Below are positions 28,412 through 37,240 of a DNA stretch of 62,347 nucleotides, in pieces. The stretch is from an uncultured Elusimicrobia bacterium (GTDB taxonomy: Bacteria > RUG730). The notes under the pieces are model-generated. The model was given only the letters and a program-made list of their open reading frames with translations. It searched no databases and was not told the origin of the DNA. Location of the stretch: assembly GCA_900321865.1 (NCBI GenBank), contig ONXP01000020.1, positions 1 to 62,347 of the forward strand, in the 5' to 3' direction. The stretch's first letter is position 1; each line of letters opens with the position of its first letter. Both the position numbers and the translations under genes were made by a program.

Positions 28412-29508
28412 TGAAAAATTTTGATTTTTTAACAATTTCTCCTACTAGAGTTATTGAAAATATAGATTTTTTTGATAAAAATACTCTTGAAAAATATTTT
28501 TTTGTATTTAGAAAAAATCCTTATATTCTAATAAAAAACGATGTTTACGAAAAATTCTCATCAAAAATTCATAAAATTTTCAAAAAAGAAAATATAATAG
28601 AATTTTTTGGAGAATGTTCAAAAATAGAAATTGCTAGATTAAAAAAAATTTTCTTAGAAAAAAAAGCGACTAGCATAATAGGAATGGGCGGAGGAAAACT
28701 TTTAGACACTGCCAAAGCTATAGGAAATGAAATGAATATTCCTATAATTACTCTGCCTACTAGTTCTAGCCAGGGAGCATCATCCAGTGCTTTATCTGCT
28801 ATTTATAACGAAAATCATATAATAGACGAATGCCGAGATATAATATTTACAAAGGCTCCTGATTTTGTTTTTATTGACTACTATTTACTTTTAGATGAAC
28901 CTCAAAAATTTTTAATATTTGGAATGACGGATTCTCTTGCTAAATATTATGAAGCTTATGCCTTTACTTCTGGAAAAAGTGAAAATATTTTTACCCAAGT
29001 TGCATTAAATCTAGCTAAATATATAAAAAAAACGATTTTTAAAACTAGTGAAAAAGCTGTTTTAGATTTTAAAAATCATAAATTAACTGATGATTTAAAA
29101 AATATTTTTAAAATTAATTTAGTTTTAGCACCAATGGTTGGCGGAATAGGTGGAGAAGGATGCAGAGTTTGTATTAGCCATGCCGTTAATAATTCTTTGA
29201 CACAAATAGAAAGAATTAGAAAATTAAATTTTATGCATGGTGAGCAGGTAGCATTTGGAAATCTTTTACAATTATATTTAGATCCTAGAGATGAAACAAA
29301 AAAAGAATTAGAAGAACTTTTGTCGTTTCATAAAAAATTTAATCTTATGACAGATTTTACTTATTTTTCCAATGAAAAATTATCAGAAAACGAAAAAAAT
29401 ATTTTTATAAATTATATTTTTTCTGATGTAGAAAGTTTAAAAAATATGCCTCAAAAAGTTTCAAAAAACCAAATGCTAGATGCTATGAAATTTTTTAAAA
29501 TGATATAA
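28411..29508 (+). CDS. gldA: Glycerol dehydrogenase-like (GldA family, group III ADH fold)
   Basis: It is collinear with E. coli GldA as I recall it: FFGECSKIEI, GMGGGKLLDTAKA and SALSAIY. The metal ligands are in place (TDSLAKYYEA, ISHAVNN, MHGEQVAFG). Confidence 0.75.
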   Translation: MKNFDFLTISPTRVIENIDFFDKNTLEKYFFVFRKNPYILIKNDVYEKFSSKIHKIFKKENIIEFFGECSKIEIARLKKIFLEKKATSIIGMGGGKLLDTAKAIGNEMNIPIITLPTSSSQGASSSALSAIYNENHIIDECRDIIFTKAPDFVFIDYYLLLDEPQKFLIFGMTDSLAKYYEAYAFTSGKSENIFTQVALNLAKYIKKTIFKTSEKAVLDFKNHKLTDDLKNIFKINLVLAPMVGGIGGEGCRVCISHAVNNSLTQIERIRKLNFMHGEQVAFGNLLQLYLDPRDETKKELEELLSFHKKFNLMTDFTYFSNEKLSENEKNIFINYIFSDVESLKNMPQKVSKNQMLDAMKFFKMI

Positions 29509-29592
29509 AATTTATATTTTTATTTTGATTTATAAAACATCAAACGTCAAAATTTATTTATTTTTTTTTCAAACAATTAATAATTTTAAAAG

Positions 29593-29832
29593 TTTTACAC
29601 ATCAAAATCTGTATAACTAATGTATAAATACTTTAAAAGTATTGTAAAATATTTAAAATTTTATGTATAAATGTATTATAATTTTTTATAAAAAATGTAT
29701 AAAAAATTAAATTTCTTTAAACAATAAAAATATATACATTTTATTCACTTTTAAAAAAAACTTGATTTTCAAAAAAAGTATTAAAAATTAAAAACTTTTT
29801 TTGTTTTTTTATTTTTATTAACATTATACAGA
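29593..29832. other. Cluster of DnaA-box-like 9-mers (candidate oriC core) in the dnaN upstream spacer
   Basis: TTATACA cores were read directly. Four are on the minus strand at 29608-29616, 29619-29627, 29662-29670 and 29694-29702. One is on the plus strand at 29824-29832. TTTTACACA is at 29593-29601. Each has 1-2 mismatches to TTATNCACA. Confidence 0.4.
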
Positions 29833-29861
29833 CTTTATATATTAATTTATTATTTTTATAA

Positions 29862-29889
29862 TTGACATAAAAAAGCAAAAAAATAAAAT
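29862..29889 (+). promoter_or_regulatory. Sigma70-like promoter for dnaN
   Basis: TTGACA (29862-29867), a 16-nt spacer, then TAAAAT (29884-29889). This lies ~28 nt upstream of the ATG at 29918. AAGGA is at 29908-29912. Confidence 0.45.
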
Positions 29890-29917
29890 TAATTTTAAAT
29901 TTTGATAAGGATTTTTT

Positions 29918-31024
29918 ATGCATATAAAATGTTCTAAGAAAGATTTAATGAATTCACTTTCTATGTGTAGTATGCCTGCTATTTCTAACATTAACAATAA
30001 TCCTATTATTAATAATCTTTTATTTTTGTTTGATAATGAAAAACTTAATTTGATTTCCACAAATTTAGAAATAACAATAAAAACTGATATAAAAGCAGAA
30101 ATTATAGAAAAAGGTAATATTACTATTCCGGCTAAAAAACTAATAGATATTACTAAAGAAGCTGATGAAAATATAGATATTATCTCAAATGAAAATAAAG
30201 TTAATATAAAATTTGGAAATTCTAGATTTTCAATTTTAGGAATGTCATCTGATGATTATCCTAGTCTTCCAAATTTAGAACTGAAAGAAGATGATTCTGA
30301 TATTATTTTTTTAGAAAAAAATATTTTTATTCAAATGATAAAAAAAACAATTTATGCAGTTTCAACCGATAGAGATAGATTTGTTTTAAATGGCATTTTA
30401 TTAAAAATAGAAAATAAAACTTTAACATTAGTTTCTACAGATGGAAAAAGACTTTGTGTTGTATCTAGTGAATTAGAAAAAGAGACAACTAATTTTATAG
30501 AAATAATTATTCCAACCAAAACAATAAATGAACTTTTAAAAATTTTAGATAAAATTAATTCTAATATTTTATATATAAAAACTAATGATAATCAGGTTTT
30601 ATTTAAGCTAGGCGATACTATTTTTATTTCAAAGGTTGTTGATGGAAAATTTCCAAATTATAAACAGGTTATTCCAAATAATTTAACTAAAAAAGTAATA
30701 TTATCTAGATTAGAATTTTTATCTGCTACTAAAAGAGCATCTATTATCAATTTAGATTCTATAAAATATTTATTTAATGAAAATAAACTTATAGTTTCAG
30801 CTATTTCACCAGGTGTAGGAGAAATAGAAGATGAACTAAAAATAGATTATACACAAGAAAATTTTGAGATAGCTTATAATCCAAGATATATAATGGATTT
30901 TTTGGAAAGCATTGATGACGAAAAAATTAGTTTAGAATTAGATACATCTTTTAATCCTTGTATAATAAAACCTTTAAAAGATGATAATAATTATATTTGT
31001 GTAATAATGCCAATGAGAATATAA
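29918..31024 (+). CDS. dnaN: DNA polymerase III beta sliding clamp
   Basis: At 368 aa it has typical three-domain clamp features (ISTNLEITIK, RFVLNGILL, LVSTDGKRL, GKFPNYKQVIP, MPMRI terminus). Confidence 0.9.
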   Translation: MHIKCSKKDLMNSLSMCSMPAISNINNNPIINNLLFLFDNEKLNLISTNLEITIKTDIKAEIIEKGNITIPAKKLIDITKEADENIDIISNENKVNIKFGNSRFSILGMSSDDYPSLPNLELKEDDSDIIFLEKNIFIQMIKKTIYAVSTDRDRFVLNGILLKIENKTLTLVSTDGKRLCVVSSELEKETTNFIEIIIPTKTINELLKILDKINSNILYIKTNDNQVLFKLGDTIFISKVVDGKFPNYKQVIPNNLTKKVILSRLEFLSATKRASIINLDSIKYLFNENKLIVSAISPGVGEIEDELKIDYTQENFEIAYNPRYIMDFLESIDDEKISLELDTSFNPCIIKPLKDDNNYICVIMPMRI

Positions 31025-31039
31025 AATTTGGAGGAAAAA

Positions 31040-32242
31040 ATGAATTTAGGAATTATAACTAGCGGTGGTGATTGTGGCGGACTTAATGCAGTGGTAAAGG
31101 GAGCTAGTAGAATGGCTTCGTCACTTGGTATAAAATTATTTGTTATACCTAATGGATATGCTGGACTTTATAATTTAGTAGAATTTGACAGTTTAGTAGA
31201 ATTAAATAAACTTAGAGCTGATGAATTTTCAGCTGTTTTAGCAGGATCTGAGGCTGGGCATTCTAGGGTAAAAATCAAAAAAATTAACGATGAAAATAAA
31301 TATAATAGAATAAAAGAAGGCTTGAAAAAATTTAATATTGATGGCTTAGTGATTTCTGGAGGGGATGATACTGGTAGTGTAATAGTAGATCTTTCTAATC
31401 AAGGTATAAAATGTGTTCATGCACCAAAAACGATGGATTTAGATTTGCAAACTTATTCTGTTGGTGGAGATTCTACGGTTAATAGAATATCAGATTTTGT
31501 ATTTGATTTAAAAACTACTGGTATTACTCATAATAGAGTGATAGTAGTTGAAGTTTTTGGTAGAAATGCGGGTCATACAGCATTTCGTGGTGGAGTGGGA
31601 GCAGAGGCAGATGCTATACTAATTCCGGAGGTTCCAACAGATTTTGATGCTTTATATTTAGATGTAAAAGAAAAGTTATGTTCTAGAATAAAAAATAGTG
31701 ATGTAAAAAAGGGAACATATATGATAGTTGTAGCCGAAGGGCTTTGTGATGCCAGCGGAAAAGAAATAGTAGACGAGTCTGCTGGAGTTGATGCATTTGG
31801 ACACAAAAAATTAGCAGGTGCTGGAAAGTATGTTTGCCAGGAATTGGATAAAAGATTTAAAAATGATCCAGAAATTTTAGATTTTATGAAAGAAACAAAA
31901 ATGTATGTAAAAGGGCTTTATGAAACTCCAGAAGTGAGAGAGGTAAGACCGGGACATTTAGTTAGATGTGGAAAATCTAGTGCCTTTGATGTAAATTTTG
32001 GACTAGAAGCCGGTGGGGCTAGTGTTATGCTCTTAAAAAACGGCATTTTTGGAGTTACGATTGTTGATGTAAAGGGTGACAATATTAGATATATGAAAAC
32101 AGAAGATGCTATAAAGCAACGTCATGTAGATGAAAGTTTGATAGCATTTTATGAAAAGATGGGTTTTTGTTTTGGCAGAAAAAAAGTAAATAAAGATATG
32201 AAATTTACTTTAATAAATACAATGCCAGAGAGACATTTATAA
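31040..32242 (+). CDS. pfp: 6-phosphofructokinase, predicted pyrophosphate-dependent type
   Basis: The PFK fold is shown by GIITSGGDCGGLNA. GGDDT and PKTMDLD carry the Asp and Lys that distinguish PPi- from ATP-dependent enzymes. I place the start at ATG 31040 after GGAGG (31029-31033). The track starts at TTG 31028. Confidence 0.8.
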   Translation: MNLGIITSGGDCGGLNAVVKGASRMASSLGIKLFVIPNGYAGLYNLVEFDSLVELNKLRADEFSAVLAGSEAGHSRVKIKKINDENKYNRIKEGLKKFNIDGLVISGGDDTGSVIVDLSNQGIKCVHAPKTMDLDLQTYSVGGDSTVNRISDFVFDLKTTGITHNRVIVVEVFGRNAGHTAFRGGVGAEADAILIPEVPTDFDALYLDVKEKLCSRIKNSDVKKGTYMIVVAEGLCDASGKEIVDESAGVDAFGHKKLAGAGKYVCQELDKRFKNDPEILDFMKETKMYVKGLYETPEVREVRPGHLVRCGKSSAFDVNFGLEAGGASVMLLKNGIFGVTIVDVKGDNIRYMKTEDAIKQRHVDESLIAFYEKMGFCFGRKKVNKDMKFTLINTMPERHL

Positions 32243-32249
32243 AATTTTT

Positions 32250-32321
<72 letters not shown>

Positions 32322-32449
32322 TTTTATATTTAAAAAAATAAAGATTTATATTTTTTTTGTTGTTTTTTTTTGTTGTATTTTTTTTATTTTTGTATATCTT
32401 ATAAAGAGAGTCTATGCATAGATTTATTTTTTTTATTTTAGGAGAATAA

Positions 32450-33055
32450 ATGAAAAAAAATTTAGTTTTACTATCTGTTTTGTTTGTTTTTAGTTTTGTT
32501 TCATTGTTTGCAGAGACTGCTGGAAAATGGAGTGTTGGCTACAGTGTAGACAATATTTTAAATTTTAATAAAGAAAATGATAGACGATTAAATGATGGAA
32601 ATATTTCTGGTAGTTATTGGTTTGATGAAAAAATGGGGTTAAATTTTGATTTAGGTTTTGACAATTATAAAGAATATCTTGTTACAGGTCATGATTATTA
32701 CAATGATCCTATACTATTAAAACAAGAAATATCTCTTTTTAAAATTAGTTTAGGATTAAATAATATTATTACAGAGTCTGGGAAATTTAGATTATTTTCT
32801 AATGAAAATATTTATTATGAAAAGGTTACTACTAAGTATAATGGAGAAGAGTGGGATAGAGAGTCTGGTAATGAGTTTGGTATAACTATTGGGTTAAATG
32901 CTGAATATTTTGTTTATCAATCTTTTTCATTAGCTCTTAGAGCTGATGTTATAAAATTTTGTAAAAATAAAAACGATCATGTAGGAAAGAATAATACAGA
33001 ATTTGAATTATTAGATACGGTTAGTCCAACTCTTACAGCTAGATATTATTTCTAA
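32450..33055 (+). CDS. Small outer-membrane beta-barrel protein (OmpW/OmpA-barrel-like, 201 aa)
   Basis: It has a signal peptide (LVLLSVLFVFSFVSLFA), alternating strands, and a C-terminal ...TLTARYYF. Confidence 0.6.
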   Translation: MKKNLVLLSVLFVFSFVSLFAETAGKWSVGYSVDNILNFNKENDRRLNDGNISGSYWFDEKMGLNFDLGFDNYKEYLVTGHDYYNDPILLKQEISLFKISLGLNNIITESGKFRLFSNENIYYEKVTTKYNGEEWDRESGNEFGITIGLNAEYFVYQSFSLALRADVIKFCKNKNDHVGKNNTEFELLDTVSPTLTARYYF

Positions 33056-33086
33056 TTTTTATAGTAAAAAATCTTTTTATTATTTT

Positions 33087-33117
33087 AGCCACCTATTTTT
33101 CTTTAGGTGGCTTTTTT
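33087..33117 (+). terminator. Rho-independent terminator after the OMP gene
   Basis: The stem AGCCACCTA (33087-33095) pairs with TAGGTGGCT (33104-33112) across an 8-nt loop. A T5 run follows. Confidence 0.75.
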
Positions 33118-33122
33118 ATTTT

Positions 33123-33779
33123 ATGGAAAACAGTATAAATTTTTATAAATCTATATATAAAGAAATCGATTCTATTATAAAAAATAGATTTTTAGAGTTC
33201 GAAAAATTTAAAAATAAAACTGATTATGAAATTTTTATAGAGTTTTGTTTTTGCCTTTTTACTCCACAAAATAAAGCTATTTTTGCAGATTTAGCTATAA
33301 AAAAACTTTTAGAAAAAGATCTACTTTTAAATGGCAAATTAGAAGAAATTATTGACAACATAAAAGGTCTGGTTCGCTTTCACCAAAATAAATCAAAATA
33401 TTTGATAGATGCCAGAAATAAAATTTTTATTACAAAAAAAATTAAATTAAAGGAAATTTTATTTTCAGAAAAATCTAATTTAAATAATTTAGATAAAAGA
33501 AAAATAATTTATGAAAATTTTTTAGGGCTGGGAATGAAAGAAAGTAGCCATTTTTTGAGAAACATAGGACTTGGCGAAAATTTAGCAATTTTAGATAGGC
33601 ATATTTTAAAAAATTTGAAAAAATTAAATGTTATAAAAGATATTCCTAAAACTTTAACATATAAAAAATATTTAGATATTGAAAAAAAAATGCTTCTATT
33701 TTCTGAAAAAATTAACATAAAACTAAAATATCTGGATTTTGTTTTTTGGTATAAAGAAACTGGAGCAGTGTTTAAATAA
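33123..33779 (+). CDS. ogg: Ogg2-type (archaeal/thermophile-type) 8-oxoguanine DNA glycosylase/AP lyase
   Basis: The helix-hairpin-helix segment GLGMKESSHFLRNIGLGENLAILDRHILK has the catalytic Lys and Asp positioned as in the COG1059 Ogg family. The size (218 aa) fits. Confidence 0.65.
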   Translation: MENSINFYKSIYKEIDSIIKNRFLEFEKFKNKTDYEIFIEFCFCLFTPQNKAIFADLAIKKLLEKDLLLNGKLEEIIDNIKGLVRFHQNKSKYLIDARNKIFITKKIKLKEILFSEKSNLNNLDKRKIIYENFLGLGMKESSHFLRNIGLGENLAILDRHILKNLKKLNVIKDIPKTLTYKKYLDIEKKMLLFSEKINIKLKYLDFVFWYKETGAVFK

Positions 33780-33831
33780 ATTCAAGTATTCCTTGAAAAA
33801 AAACAATAAAAATCAAAAACATATCATATGT

Positions 33832-34524
33832 TTATAAATTTTTAAATTTTATTATATCGTCTTTATAACCTATAATAAAAATAGAATCGCCCTCTTCCAA
33901 AATATCGCTAGACGATGGTAAAATATTTATATCTTCTTTAAAGTCAGTTTCTCCATTTTCTGTTAAAAAAGGGATTTTTTTCTTTATCGCTACAATGTTT
34001 AGTTTGTATTTATTTCGTATTTGAGAGTCAAGAATAGATTTATTATATAATAGTTTTGGGACTTTTATGTCGATTAAACTATAATTTTCTGAGAATGTAA
34101 TAGTTTCCAAAATATTAGAACTAATTAAAGATTTAGCTAACTTTTCTGCTTCATCTTTTTCTGGAAAAATAGTTTTATCTGCTCCGACTTTTAGTAAAAT
34201 TTTTGCATGAAGAATAGAATTTGCTTTGACGATTAATTTTTTTGCACCTAGATTTTTTAATATCATTGTGATCAAAATGCTAGCTTCTAAATTGTTTCCA
34301 ATAGAAATTATAATATCGTCCATAGATTTTAGGTTTAATTTTTCTAAAATTTTTTCATCAGTAGCATCGGCAACAATTATATTATTGATTATATCAGACA
34401 CATCTTTTACTTTTTCTTCTGAAATATCAATAGCTAAAATATCACAATTTTCTTTTGACAATGATTTTACTAGATTTGATCCAAATTTTCCTAGACCGAT
34501 AACCGCTATTTGTTTTTTTGCCAT
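33832..34524 (-). CDS. trkA: Trk/Ktr potassium uptake system, NAD-binding peripheral subunit (RCK_N plus RCK_C)
   Basis: A Rossmann N-terminus (IAVIGLGKFGSNL) is followed by a C-terminal RCK_C-like domain. It lies directly downstream of the TrkH-family gene. Confidence 0.8.
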   Translation of the reverse strand: MAKKQIAVIGLGKFGSNLVKSLSKENCDILAIDISEEKVKDVSDIINNIIVADATDEKILEKLNLKSMDDIIISIGNNLEASILITMILKNLGAKKLIVKANSILHAKILLKVGADKTIFPEKDEAEKLAKSLISSNILETITFSENYSLIDIKVPKLLYNKSILDSQIRNKYKLNIVAIKKKIPFLTENGETDFKEDINILPSSSDILEEGDSIFIIGYKDDIIKFKNL

Positions 34525-34527
34525 AAA

Positions 34528-35838
34528 TCATCCTATTAATATTTTTCCTTCCGGATATTTTAAGTTTAATTCTTTAGTATTTATAAAAACTTTTGATGTA
34601 ATAAATAAAATATAAACTCTACCTATAAACATTAATAAAATTATAATTATTTTCCCTAAAATGGTTAAATTTTCTGTTATACCTAAAGATAATCCTGTGG
34701 TGGAAAGTGCCGAAATTACTTCAAAAACGATATTTATTATATTAATATTTTTTTCTGTTAATAATAAAATAAATGTTGATGAAAATGAGATTAAAATATA
34801 AAACAAAAATAAATTTATACTTTTTTGTATAACATTTTCTTCTATAGTTCTTTTAAAAATAAATGTATTTTTTTTGCTTAAAAGTGTAGAAAAAAAATTT
34901 TTAAGTAAAATGAGAAAAGTAGTAGTTTTAATTCCGCCACCCGTTCCAGTGGGAGAAGCTCCTACAAACATCAAAAATATACAAACTAAAATATTTACAT
35001 TCAGATAATTTTTTATATTTAATATGCTAAAACCTGCCGTTCTGGTAGTTATAATTTGAAAAAAAGAAAGAGTAAGTTTTTGAAAAAAATTATAATTTTT
35101 TATAGCACTGTTGTATTCTGTAAAGAAAAAAATTATAGATGGAATTATTATTAAAATGCAGGTTAAAAATAAAACAACTTTTGTATGAAAAGAAATTTTT
35201 TCTTTTTTAAAAATAAAATTATATAAATTTTCTATGACAATAAAACCTATTCCGCCTAATATGATTAAAATAGATAAAGTATTTATAAAAATATAATTAT
35301 TATGAGGTGTAAAATTATCACCTAAAATCATAAAACCAGCATTGCAAAAAGCGCTAATAGAGTGAAATAAAGCCAAAAAAATAGCTGAAAAATTAAAAGT
35401 TTTAAAAGATATTAAAATAAATAAAAACCCAATAAATTCTATAAAAAATGTAAATTTTAGTATTTTAAAAACAGATGTTTTTATATCTTTTATCTCATCG
35501 ATATACATTAAACTAGCTATTTTTTCATTTACGGATAATTGTTTTTTGCTAATAGTTATAAGGAAGCTAATTATAGCCATATATCCTAGACCACCTAGTT
35601 GTATAAGTAGCATAATGATTATTTTGCCATAAATAGAAAAATATTTTTCAATATTTATAGTATTTAAACCACATACACAAATAGAACTGGTTGCAGTGAA
35701 AAAAATATCTATAAAAGAATAACTAAATCTGGCATTTCTCATAATAGGAAAAGATAAAAGAAAAGTTCCTATTATGATCATATTTAGAAAGCCAAAAATA
35801 ATTTTTGAAACTGGATTGTCAAAAATTTTTAAATTCAT
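34528..35838 (-). CDS. trkH: Trk/Ktr potassium uptake system, membrane subunit (TrkH/KtrB family)
   Basis: The protein is polytopic and has repeated pore-loop glycines (CGLNT, LGGLGY, RTAGFS, GTGGGIKTTT, STTGLSLG). Confidence 0.8.
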   Translation of the reverse strand: MNLKIFDNPVSKIIFGFLNMIIIGTFLLSFPIMRNARFSYSFIDIFFTATSSICVCGLNTINIEKYFSIYGKIIIMLLIQLGGLGYMAIISFLITISKKQLSVNEKIASLMYIDEIKDIKTSVFKILKFTFFIEFIGFLFILISFKTFNFSAIFLALFHSISAFCNAGFMILGDNFTPHNNYIFINTLSILIILGGIGFIVIENLYNFIFKKEKISFHTKVVLFLTCILIIIPSIIFFFTEYNSAIKNYNFFQKLTLSFFQIITTRTAGFSILNIKNYLNVNILVCIFLMFVGASPTGTGGGIKTTTFLILLKNFFSTLLSKKNTFIFKRTIEENVIQKSINLFLFYILISFSSTFILLLTEKNINIINIVFEVISALSTTGLSLGITENLTILGKIIIILLMFIGRVYILFITSKVFINTKELNLKYPEGKILIG

Positions 35839-35840
35839 AA

Positions 35841-35873
35841 AAATAAAAAAAAGATGAATAAAAATTATTCACC
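35841..35873 (-). terminator. Probable rho-independent terminator after rplT
   Basis: On the minus strand a hairpin (TGAATAA/TTATTCA core, 35853-35873) is followed by a long U run, which is the plus-strand A run at 35841-35852. Confidence 0.5.
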
Positions 35874-35887
35874 TTTTTTATTGTTTT

Positions 35888-36238
35888 TTATAAAGATTTG
35901 ACTTTTAGAACTAACTCTTCAAAACCTTTTATATCGTTTACAGCGATATCTGCCAAAATTTTTCTATCAATTATGATGTTTAATTTTTTTAATCCAGATA
36001 TAAATCTGCTATAACTCATATCATACATTCTGGCTGCTGCATTAATTCTTTGAATCCATAAACTTCTGAAATCTCTCTTTTTTTGTCTTCTGTCTCTATA
36101 AGCATATTGAAGCCCCTTTTCTACTTGTTCTGTCACATGTCTCCATAAATTGTTTTTACCTAATCTATATCCTTTTGCTAATTTAAAGTATTTCTTTTTT
36201 CTGTTTCTAGATGTTTTTCCACATTTTACTCTAGCCAT
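35888..36238 (-). CDS. rplT: 50S ribosomal protein L20
   Basis: [28 protein letters not shown]...[13 protein letters not shown] is present. GGAGG lies upstream. Confidence 0.95.
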   Translation of the reverse strand: MARVKCGKTSRNRKKKYFKLAKGYRLGKNNLWRHVTEQVEKGLQYAYRDRRQKKRDFRSLWIQRINAAARMYDMSYSRFISGLKKLNIIIDRKILADIAVNDIKGFEELVLKVKSL

Positions 36239-36247
36239 TTTCTCCTC

Positions 36248-36445
36248 CTATTTATATGGAATCAATTTTTTTATATTTTTAGCATCTAATCCGCCAAGAG
36301 TTCCGGCTTTTCTTAATTTTCTCATTCTATTTTGTGGTTTTTTAGTAAGAATATGCCTTGCGAAAGCTTTTTTTCTTTTTATTTTTCCAGATTTTGTAAG
36401 ATTAAATCTTTTTTTTGCACCACTGTGAGTTTTCATTTTTATCAT
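36248..36445 (-). CDS. rpmI: 50S ribosomal protein L35
   Basis: MIKMKTHSGAKKRFNLTKSGKIKRKKA is present. GGAGG lies upstream. Confidence 0.93.
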   Translation of the reverse strand: MIKMKTHSGAKKRFNLTKSGKIKRKKAFARHILTKKPQNRMRKLRKAGTLGGLDAKNIKKLIPYK

Positions 36446-36473
36446 GTAAAATCCTCCTAATTTCTTTAAAAAA

Positions 36474-37007
36474 TTATTTTTTTGAAGACAAAATCAAAAT
36501 CATTTGTGTTCCCAAAAATGTAGGAGCTTTTTCTATTTCTGAAAATTCTTTGGTATCAAAAATAATTTTTTCCATTATTTCATTACCCTTTTCTTTTTTT
36601 TCTAATTCCCTACCATAAAAAGAAATTGTAATTTTTACTTTATCTCCATCGTTTAAAAATTTAATTATATTTTTGATTTTTATATTCAAATCATTGATTC
36701 CAATTTTTGGCCTGAGTTTTATTTCTTTCAAGGTTTGAATTTTTTGCTTTTTTTTAGCTTCTTTTTTTTGTTTTTCTTTTTGATACAAAAATTTTTTAAA
36801 ATCTATAATTTTTGCAACCGGCGGAGTCGCTTTTTCTGCTATCAAAATTAAATCTAAATTTTTATTGCTTGCCATTTGTAAAGCATCTATAGTTTTTATT
36901 ATTCCTATCATATTTCCTGTATCATCTATAACTCTAACCTCTGGGGCAGTAATACTTTCATTTACAATAAAATCATTTTTTTTCGGTTTAAAATCTTTAA
37001 TATTCAT
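36474..37007 (-). CDS. infC: Translation initiation factor IF-3
   Basis: The IF-3 sequence starts at MNIKDFKPKKNDFIVNESITAPEVRVIDDTG. The ATG at 37007-37005 is preceded by GGAGG (complement of 37011-37015). The 39-aa hydrophobic extension in the track ORF, up to 37127, lies across a terminator hairpin and is not credible. Confidence 0.88.
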   Translation of the reverse strand: MNIKDFKPKKNDFIVNESITAPEVRVIDDTGNMIGIIKTIDALQMASNKNLDLILIAEKATPPVAKIIDFKKFLYQKEKQKKEAKKKQKIQTLKEIKLRPKIGINDLNIKIKNIIKFLNDGDKVKITISFYGRELEKKEKGNEIMEKIIFDTKEFSEIEKAPTFLGTQMILILSSKK

Positions 37008-37160
37008 AATCCTCCAAAATAAAAAAAGCGACCCGCTTAAAATAATAAGCAAGTCGCTAATAAATAAAAATATAGATATTAATAATATAAAATATATAAT
37101 GCTTAATATATATACCTTTTTGCTCACTTGCTAAAGGTGCGACTAATGTCGAACTTTAAA
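37008..37160 (-). promoter_or_regulatory. infC-rpmI-rplT leader, candidate L20-responsive attenuation element
   Basis: The ~150-nt leader contains the terminator above. Upstream segments AGUCGC and GCAAGU are complementary to the terminator 5' arm (GCGACUUGC). A possible TTGACA -35 lies on the minus strand at 37222-37227. Confidence 0.45.
37021..37058 (-). terminator. Strong intrinsic terminator (attenuator) inside the infC leader
   Basis: The minus-strand RNA reads AGCGACUUGCUUA-UUAUUU-UAAGCGGGUCGCU. This is a 13-bp stem including two G-U pairs, followed by a U run. It ends about 5 nt before the infC Shine-Dalgarno. Confidence 0.75.
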
Positions 37161-37240
37161 TAAATAAAAAAATCCTTAAAAAATATTTTTGATAAATTAT
37201 TATTAAAAAAAAATGTTTTATTGTCAAGTTTAATAAAAAA

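Noticed and set aside
29741-30060. Two short minus-strand ORFs of 60 and 72 aa lie in and around the dnaN upstream spacer.
   Set aside because: Both have AT-driven low-complexity translations. One overlaps the dnaN 5' end and the predicted dnaN promoter. There is no RBS and no recognisable domain.
32351-32392. A T-rich quasi-tandem tract (T8GTTG, T9GTTG, then further T runs) lies between tRNA-Thr and the OMP gene.
   Set aside because: It is low-complexity poly-T sequence typical of AT-rich spacers and of terminator or UP-element regions. The copies are imperfect, so I see no basis for a specific function.
32411-32422. A 12-bp palindrome, TCTATGCATAGA, lies upstream of the OMP gene.
   Set aside because: It is too short to be statistically remarkable here. 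There is no second copy in the window.
37008-37127. This is the N-terminal 40-aa hydrophobic extension of the IF-3 ORF in the track (MSKKVYILSIIYFILL...).
   Set aside because: The extension runs through the leader terminator hairpin and U run. An ATG with a perfect GGAGG lies at 37007, exactly where the conserved IF-3 sequence begins.
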